Shown in pieces: positions 57,740-64,000 of a stretch of DNA of 64,000 nucleotides; positions within the stretch are counted from its first letter, which is position 1; each line of letters begins with the position of its first letter. This DNA comes from Guillardia theta CCMP2712 (taxonomy: Eukaryota > Protista > Cryptophyta): assembly GCF_000315625.1 (NCBI RefSeq), contig NW_005434458.1, positions 1 through 64,000 on the forward strand, written 5' to 3'. The notes under the pieces were generated by a model, which was not told where the DNA came from, made no database searches, and worked only from the letters and a program-made list of their open reading frames with translations. The translations under genes were made by a program, and so were the position numbers.

Positions 57740-59897
57740 ATGAAGTAGGTACGTTGGCGCTGGCCACCTCGTACTTGCCGGAGAGATCTGCAGGAGACTT
57801 CTCAGCTCAGGCAGAGCGAAATGGGCATGCCTCACAGCTCTGGTAGGGGACAGAAGAGGTCGAGTAACGGCCGGAGGTGTGGATGCTGGAGCTGCGCGAG
57901 TGAGCGGCGGAGAGGGGAGGGGAGGGGAAGGGGAACCTGGTGGCGATGGAGCTGGTGTAGCTGGAGAGCTGCGTGGTCAGGCTCTTGATCTGTGACTCGC
58001 AGCTGATGTGGCGAGCGCTGCGGAGAGCATGAGGGGGGACAAGGGAACATCGGAAGTCCCAGCTCACCGGAACTGCTCGTACTCGCTCTCGAGCTTGATG
58101 CGTCTCTCCCTTTCCTGCCAAGAGGGTCAGCTTGACCCCAGCTCACGAACCAGCCGGCAGAACCTGCTGGAACTGGTTGCTCAACTCGACGTTCTCATGC
58201 CGCAGGTTCTCCACCTGGACAGGAATAAGACAGACCTATCAGAAGTAGGGAGGGAAGAGGAGAGGAGAGGAGAGGAGAGGAGATGGAATGGGGTAGGAGG
58301 ACTCACTTGGCCGGTCAAAGTCCTCACGCGCACTTCTTGCTCACGAAGCTGCAAGGCAACAACGATGATCAGGGAGCGATAGAACTGAACGGAGGAGGTG
58401 GGCTGCCTCTGCTCTGGCGGTGGCGAGGTGCGACTCAAGCATGCTCCTGTCAGCAGAGATCTGGGAGATGGTGTCCGAGAGCTCAGAGTTCCTCTGCAGC
58501 TCCACTCAGTTCCTTGATGGCTGCGCAAGTCCCCTCCTCCTCCATCCCTCTCTTCCTCCTCCTTTACTCTCCCCCTCCTCACCTTCTCGTACTGGTCGCA
58601 CTTGTAAATGATGGGCTCCAGCTGCCTGGTCGTTTCTTCGTACTGGCAATGCATGTCAACATTCCCCTCCTTTCACGTGAATCCATCCCTCCCTCTCCCT
58701 CTCCCACTCCAATCTCCCGCTACCCCTCCTCCTGCTCAGACCTTGGTGATAGTCTGTAGAGACTGAGCCTGGATCATCTCGCGCTCCTGGAAGACCTGGT
58801 TCAACCTGGGTAGGACTGTCATGCACAGAGATGCGACGAGCAGCTGCTACCTGTTGAGAAGATCTGCCTTCTCAGCCTTGAGATTTCCGTTCTCCTGCTG
58901 CAGCACCTCCACGCTGGCGATCTGGATCATCATGTTCTTGGTTTGGTCCTCGAGCTCAGCAACACGGATGCGGTAGCGATCCATCTATAGGTCCGCATCA
59001 GCGAAACATTGTCCTCCTTCTCCTCCTCCTCCTACCTGGTAGCGGATGGTTCCGTGCTCCTTGCGCAAGGCCTGAAGGTGAGAATCCTGCATGACAGAGT
59101 AAGTTGGCGGCGGCGGCAAATGCTCACGTCATGCCATGGGCTCCATGCCGCTCGGCTCCTGCTCAGCAACGAGTCAGAGAAGCCCCGGCTAGCTCAGAAC
59201 CCCTTGACCTGGTTGACACGGATGGCAGAGCTGCTGGCGTACATGCTGGGGAGAAGGTGAGGAGAGAGGGTCTCGAGTGGGGCACGAGGATAGGAGGAAC
59301 CTGCCAGTTGACAGAGCGTCTGTGGAGCGGTACATCATGGAGACGTTGCCATACTGGACCTGAGCAGCACGACAGTCAGCCTGACTGCAGCGGACAGAGG
59401 CACAAAGTTCTCACCGGCATGGAGACGAACTCTTGCGAGACAGGGATCACTGCAGATCACAAGCATGTCACGAGGGGGGCAGGGCTGCGTGCTGGGTGCA
59501 GGTCTTACTGCTGGGCTGAGGGAACATGGCTGACTGAACGTTGTACGCTCCTCCGCCATAGCTGATGACTTGAGGGATGGCGAAAGCGCCAGGGCCCATG
59601 GCCTGCAGCTCCTGTCAGATGCCCCGAGCAGCAGGCAGCCTGGACGGTACCTGCGAGCTGACAACCGGCTGGCTCACAAGGATCTGCTGTCCCGACATGA
59701 CAGGGCTGACAGGAACTGGAGCCTTGCCGGAGGACGGAGGAGAAACAAGCGCGCTGGTAGCATTCACGGCCGGGGACGTGGCAGACGTCAGAGGGACGAT
59801 GACGGGGGAGCTGCCTGATGCGAGCGATGAGAGGGAGAGGAGCGGACAGGAGTGGACCTTTGGCGGCGTTCAAGGCGGGGGAGTTCTTGGCTGACAT
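57740..59897 (-). CDS. Multi-exon protein with low-complexity N-terminus and coiled-coil C-terminus
   Basis: Exons ELQAMGPGAFAIPQVISYGGG, MDRYRIRVAELEDQTKNMMIQIASVEVLQQENGNLKAEKADLL and QLREQEVRVRTLTGQ, with short introns. Confidence 0.55.
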
Positions 59898-60233
59898 CCT
59901 GTAGAGCTACATGTCAGAAGGAAGCTTTCAGTTGAGGAAGAGAAGCGTTGAGACAAACACGCAGAGGAAAAGGCAAGAGAATGGATAGAAGAGGGGGAGG
60001 AGGGTGCGAGGAGAATGGAATGAGTAGATTAGGAGGTGATACGTTCGGAGAGGATTATGGCAAGAATGCATTAGAATATGTTCACAAGAAATCAGCGCTC
60101 CGAGCACCAGCCGTTGAACAGCAATAGGACAGAAGCAAGGCACAAACGCTTCCCTCTCTCCTTTGTATTCTCCTCGAGCCCCCGTCTACTCTCATCATGA
60201 TTGCAATAGCACCTGTTCTGCGCCAAGTTGTTC

Positions 60234-60300
60234 TGCCCTGCCCTGCCCTGCCCTGCCCTGCCCTGCCCTGCCCTGCCCTGCCCTGCCCTGCCCTGCCCTG
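60234..60300. repeat. (GCCCT)n microsatellite
   Basis: Directly visible. Confidence 0.95.
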
Positions 60301-61457
60301 TCCCTGTCTTGTCCTCTGCTAGTGCAGTTCTCTCCTTGAGGTCTCCTCCGGCTCCCCCTCCTCTCCTGGACTTGCGCGTCACAACTTGCCCGGCACGCGG
60401 CATTGACTAGACTAGCCGTTATAAGGGCACGCGAACTTGGTACAAAGTTTAGAATACCTTTTAGAGTTTACAATTATTTAAACGTTGAACTGTCCGAGTA
60501 ATATTTCATAATACTTACACAACATTTCAAAACAAATAAAGAAGAAATCAAATGTCTGCAGGAAGTGGCCTTCAGCATTTCACCAAGGACGATACCAAGA
60601 AATATTATTAAATAGTACCATATCTCTATCTTCTCTATTCATCTGTTCACAAACTACGGAAATTAGTACTGGATCATTTCGAATTTATAATATTTATAGT
60701 TTAATATAAATATAGATACAGTAATTTTAAAACTCGTCGGATCGCATTGCCGACACGGTGCCACCCGGTTCCCCACCCCACCCCAAGTACTCGAATACAA
60801 TAGACCCCTACCACCTCTTAATCCCTGTTTTAACCTATTTTATGGGGTTTCTGGTGGTCATTGGCTCACTACCCTACCCCCCATATTGCTCTAACAGTTC
60901 CTGGCAGCGCTTCCGGGGGGAAGCGACGCTAAAACTCTCACAAAAGATCAAAATATTTCATAATTACACCTATAATTTCAAATTTGAGAAAGGAATTCGA
61001 GGCTCCCGAGAGCAGCATTTCATCTCACTCAGCAAACCCGGGGCCGTGGAGGAACATCAGGCCGCACGGCCCGAGTCTAGGCCCGGATATGAGGGGGATG
61101 ATCAGTGGATGAGGGGGATGATGAGTGTATGAGGGGGATGATGAGCATGATGAGTGGATGAGGGGGATGAAGAGGAGATGAGGGGGGATGAGGCAGGGAG
61201 AAACTCGATGCGATGAGACATGCGGGAGGTAGGAGAGCGGCGAGGAGGGGGAGGGGGAGTAGGTGAGGAGAGAGAGAGAGAGAGAAGAGGAGCGTAGCAG
61301 AGCAGAGAATAGTGCAGAGGTGATAGAGAGGGGAGGAGGAGGGGAGCGTCGCGAATAGAAGAGGTGCGGAGTGAGCAGGCACACGAAGAAGGTCTAGTTG
61401 CAAGCAGAAGGCTCTCACCATCCGCGAGGAAGCATCGAGGAGGTTCGAGGGCTGAGC

Positions 61458-62591
61458 ATGAACATGAATATGCACTCAAGTGCGATGAGCGGTGGAATGG
61501 GTGGAGGACTCGGAGGAGGTATGGGCAACGTGGGCAATGTAGTCAGCGGCATCCACAGCATCGGCCTGCATAGCGGGGGAGGAGGGTTATCGGGAGCGTT
61601 TCACAACGGGATGCACGGTGTAGGGAACCTTCAGCATGCATCAGGAGCGAACATCCAGAGCTTCCATGGCTCGGGCTTCGTGGGGAGCTCCAGTGCGGTG
61701 CACGGCATGGGCCAAGTCGATATCCCCCACAACCTGTCGAGCATTCTTGATTCGGTGGCTGCCGGGGTTAAACGGCCCACAAGGAAGACTTGGACGGATA
61801 GCGAGAAGAAGGCTGTGCTGGAGCTGCTGAGCTTCAACGGGGGGAGTAAGAAGAAGACGCTGGACGCCCTTCAGGCCAAGTACGGAAGCGCCTTCCAAAC
61901 CATCAGCCTGCAGACCCTCAAGCGATGGCAGAACGCGATGCACCGTGCGGACCTGCAGGCGGCAGAGACGGGCGAGCCGGTGAAGCTGAACAGGAAGAGG
62001 GGGAAGAAGACTTGCACCCCCTTCGAAGAGGACCTGTTGAACCGTCTCCTCCAGGAGAACCTGGGCGATGTGTCGCAGATAGCAGGGCACATCCCGTACG
62101 CCACCGTCATCAACGCTGCGAACGCTCTGAGAGCTGATCCTGCATGGAGGGAGGATGAGAAGGTCAAGAAGCTCAGGTTCAGCAACACTTGGGTGCGCTC
62201 CTTCCTGCTGCGGAACAACCTGAAGCCCCCAGAGACCGTGGAGGTCCCGCGGTATGGAGGTGGGAGGATGGAGGAGAGGGGGAGACTGGCGGGGACGAGG
62301 AGGAAGAGGAGCGAGATCAGCAGCGCGAGAGGAAGGCATATGATGGAAGGTTCTCCTCCTCCGTTGCGTGAGCGAGGAGTGAAGATGCGTCGACTAGAGA
62401 ATCAGGTGTCGGTGCTCAAAATGCAGCTCGAGGAGGAGCGGAGGCGGAACTCGTTGCTAGAGCAGCAGCTGTTCCAGTGCCAGCGAGGAGGAGAAGGCGT
62501 GGGGAGGATGGAGAGGTTGTGGAGCGGGCAGGGGATAGGGGGAGTCGCTCCCCAGTGGAGCTCCGACATGATCAACCAGAGACCGATCTGA
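61458..62591 (+). CDS. Intronless protein with tandem HTH + CENP-B/Tc5-type HTH DNA-binding domain and C-terminal coiled coil; no DDE domain
   Basis: RKTWTDSEKKAVLE..ISLQTLKRWQ..RKRGKK..FEEDLLNRL..IPYATVINAA..LRFSNTWVRSFLLRNNLK (FSxxWxxxFxxR motif). Gly/Met/His-rich N-terminus. Confidence 0.75.
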   Translation: MNMNMHSSAMSGGMGGGLGGGMGNVGNVVSGIHSIGLHSGGGGLSGAFHNGMHGVGNLQHASGANIQSFHGSGFVGSSSAVHGMGQVDIPHNLSSILDSVAAGVKRPTRKTWTDSEKKAVLELLSFNGGSKKKTLDALQAKYGSAFQTISLQTLKRWQNAMHRADLQAAETGEPVKLNRKRGKKTCTPFEEDLLNRLLQENLGDVSQIAGHIPYATVINAANALRADPAWREDEKVKKLRFSNTWVRSFLLRNNLKPPETVEVPRYGGGRMEERGRLAGTRRKRSEISSARGRHMMEGSPPPLRERGVKMRRLENQVSVLKMQLEEERRRNSLLEQQLFQCQRGGEGVGRMERLWSGQGIGGVAPQWSSDMINQRPI

Positions 62592-63006
62592 AGTAGTTTG
62601 AGATCCGAACTGAAGTAGTTTGAGATCAGGGGGAGGACAGGAAGCAAGAGAGTAAGCAAGCGAGGAAGACAGGAAGCAAGGAAGCGAGCTGAGAAGGTCG
62701 AGGGGAATGAGATGATGCCAACTGTGATCATTTCTTTCTCGTCCATGCACAAGTACAGCATGAGAAGCAGCAGCAGCTACTTACTCTTGTAATGAAGGTT
62801 CAACAATAAACATGGAAGAAGCGCAAACGATGTACAAGGAGGGAAGGAAAAGGCGAGGCAAGGTATTTGACGCATGATGCAAACTTGCGAATGACACTGA
62901 ATAGGATCGAGTGATGGAGAGGGTGGAGGGGGAGGGGGGAGGATTCAGTGAAGGGCAAGGAGATTGAAACGAGAAAGAGAAGGAGGAAGAGCATGGAAGG
63001 ATGGGA

Positions 63007-63106
63007 NNNNNNNNNNNNNNNNNNNNNNNNNNNNNNNNNNNNNNNNNNNNNNNNNNNNNNNNNNNNNNNNNNNNNNNNNNNNNNNNNNNNNNNNNNNNNN
63101 NNNNNN
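63007..63106. other. Assembly gap (100 N)
   Basis: Run of N. Confidence 1.
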
Positions 63107-63359
63107 AAAAAATTTCAAAATCCACAAGAGAGAGCGGGAGAGGAACAATATTGGCGGGGTGAAGTACAAGGAGAGAGAGAGGAGAAGAGAGAAGGAGAAT
63201 GAGAGGAGAGAGGAGGGAAGAGGGAACAAGCCAGAGTACAGAGGAGAAGATAGAGGAGGGGAGGGGAGGAGAGAGGAGAGAGGTTGTTGATTGAGTCAAG
63301 CAGTCAGGAAGGAGAAGAGCCAGGGAGGGAGAGAGCGAGGGGAGGGAGAGAGCGAGGGC

Positions 63360-64000
63360 ATGTGGAGGAGCTTGGAAGCAGCCTGGGAGCAGGACGAGTC
63401 TGAGGGCCTTCACGCCCGATGTCCCTCAACCTGCAAACTGCAATCCCTGAAGCCTCCCTGCGGAGCTTGCAGAGAGTACGTGGAGCACCTCCTCTGCCTC
63501 CTTCACGACGACGTCCACAGCTGCAAGCAGTACCTGGACGACTCAGACGCGTCTCGGTCCTCGACGCTGGAGCGCAGATCGGAGGAGTCGGTGGGGATCC
63601 GAGATTTCCGGCAGCTGGTAGAGGAACTTCGAATGAGGGCACAGGAGAGCTCGCTGGTGTGCAGGAGGCTCGGGGAAGAGAACGAGGCGCTTCAGAGCAT
63701 CGTGTTGATGGAGAAGAGTGCGAGGGAGGAGGCGCTGCTGGAGTTTGTTCGGGCGCACGAGGAGCTTGCGAGGTGAGAGAGGAGCCGCCGGTGGAGCGAT
63801 CTGATGGCGGGTTGAAGGGAGAGCAAGAGGAGGAGCGACGCTGAGCTGGAGCTGATGGAGGTCAAGAGCGAGCTTGCGGCTCTGCGGCGGGAGCAAGAGG
63901 AGCAGTCGAGAGAGTTGGAAGGGATGAAGCGACAGGTAGAGCAAGGAGAGGAGGTGAGATCGATCGGCAGGTTGTACATTCCTGTCACTGACTGATGAAT
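63360..64000 (+). CDS. Coiled-coil protein, 5' part; continues beyond the window
   Basis: MWRSLEAAWEQDE..FRQLVEELRMRAQE..LGEENEALQ, an intron at ~63773, then EQEEERR..ELAALRREQEEQ. Confidence 0.5.

Overview
Eukaryotic nuclear DNA. Most host genes have many short GT-AG introns (~45-60 bp) and purine/pyrimidine-biased spacers, a style resembling a cryptophyte alga such as Guillardia (inference only). The window is dominated by one giant minus-strand gene (~6.1-30.4 kb, >7,100 aa reconstructed). It encodes a secreted protein with FN3, a Ly6/uPAR-like insert, dozens of Ig-like beta-sandwich repeats, an FN2 domain and a discoidin-like module. Its ~19.7 kb first exon is split by a very young 2,076-bp gag-only LTR retroelement (227-bp LTRs that read identical, CCAAC TSD); removing the element restores the frame. 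The left end carries a Crypton-type tyrosine recombinase (YR) N-terminus with a PHD-like finger. Divergent from it is an intronless, partly frameshifted island that starts with a poxvirus VP39-family cap 2'-O-methyltransferase. At 45.7-54.9 kb is a second accessory region: a tandem-repeat/REase-like (Crinkler-like) gene with a duplicated 3' end, and two Crypton relics in C-half then N-half order. The right end has an RBM24/38-like RRM gene, coiled-coil genes and a CENP-B/pogo-type DNA-binding protein lacking a DDE domain. Recurrent motif-biased non-coding patches (CCGG/GTCAC-rich and TACCC/GGGTA-rich) lie mostly between divergent genes. All domain calls come from motif recognition by eye, not database searches.
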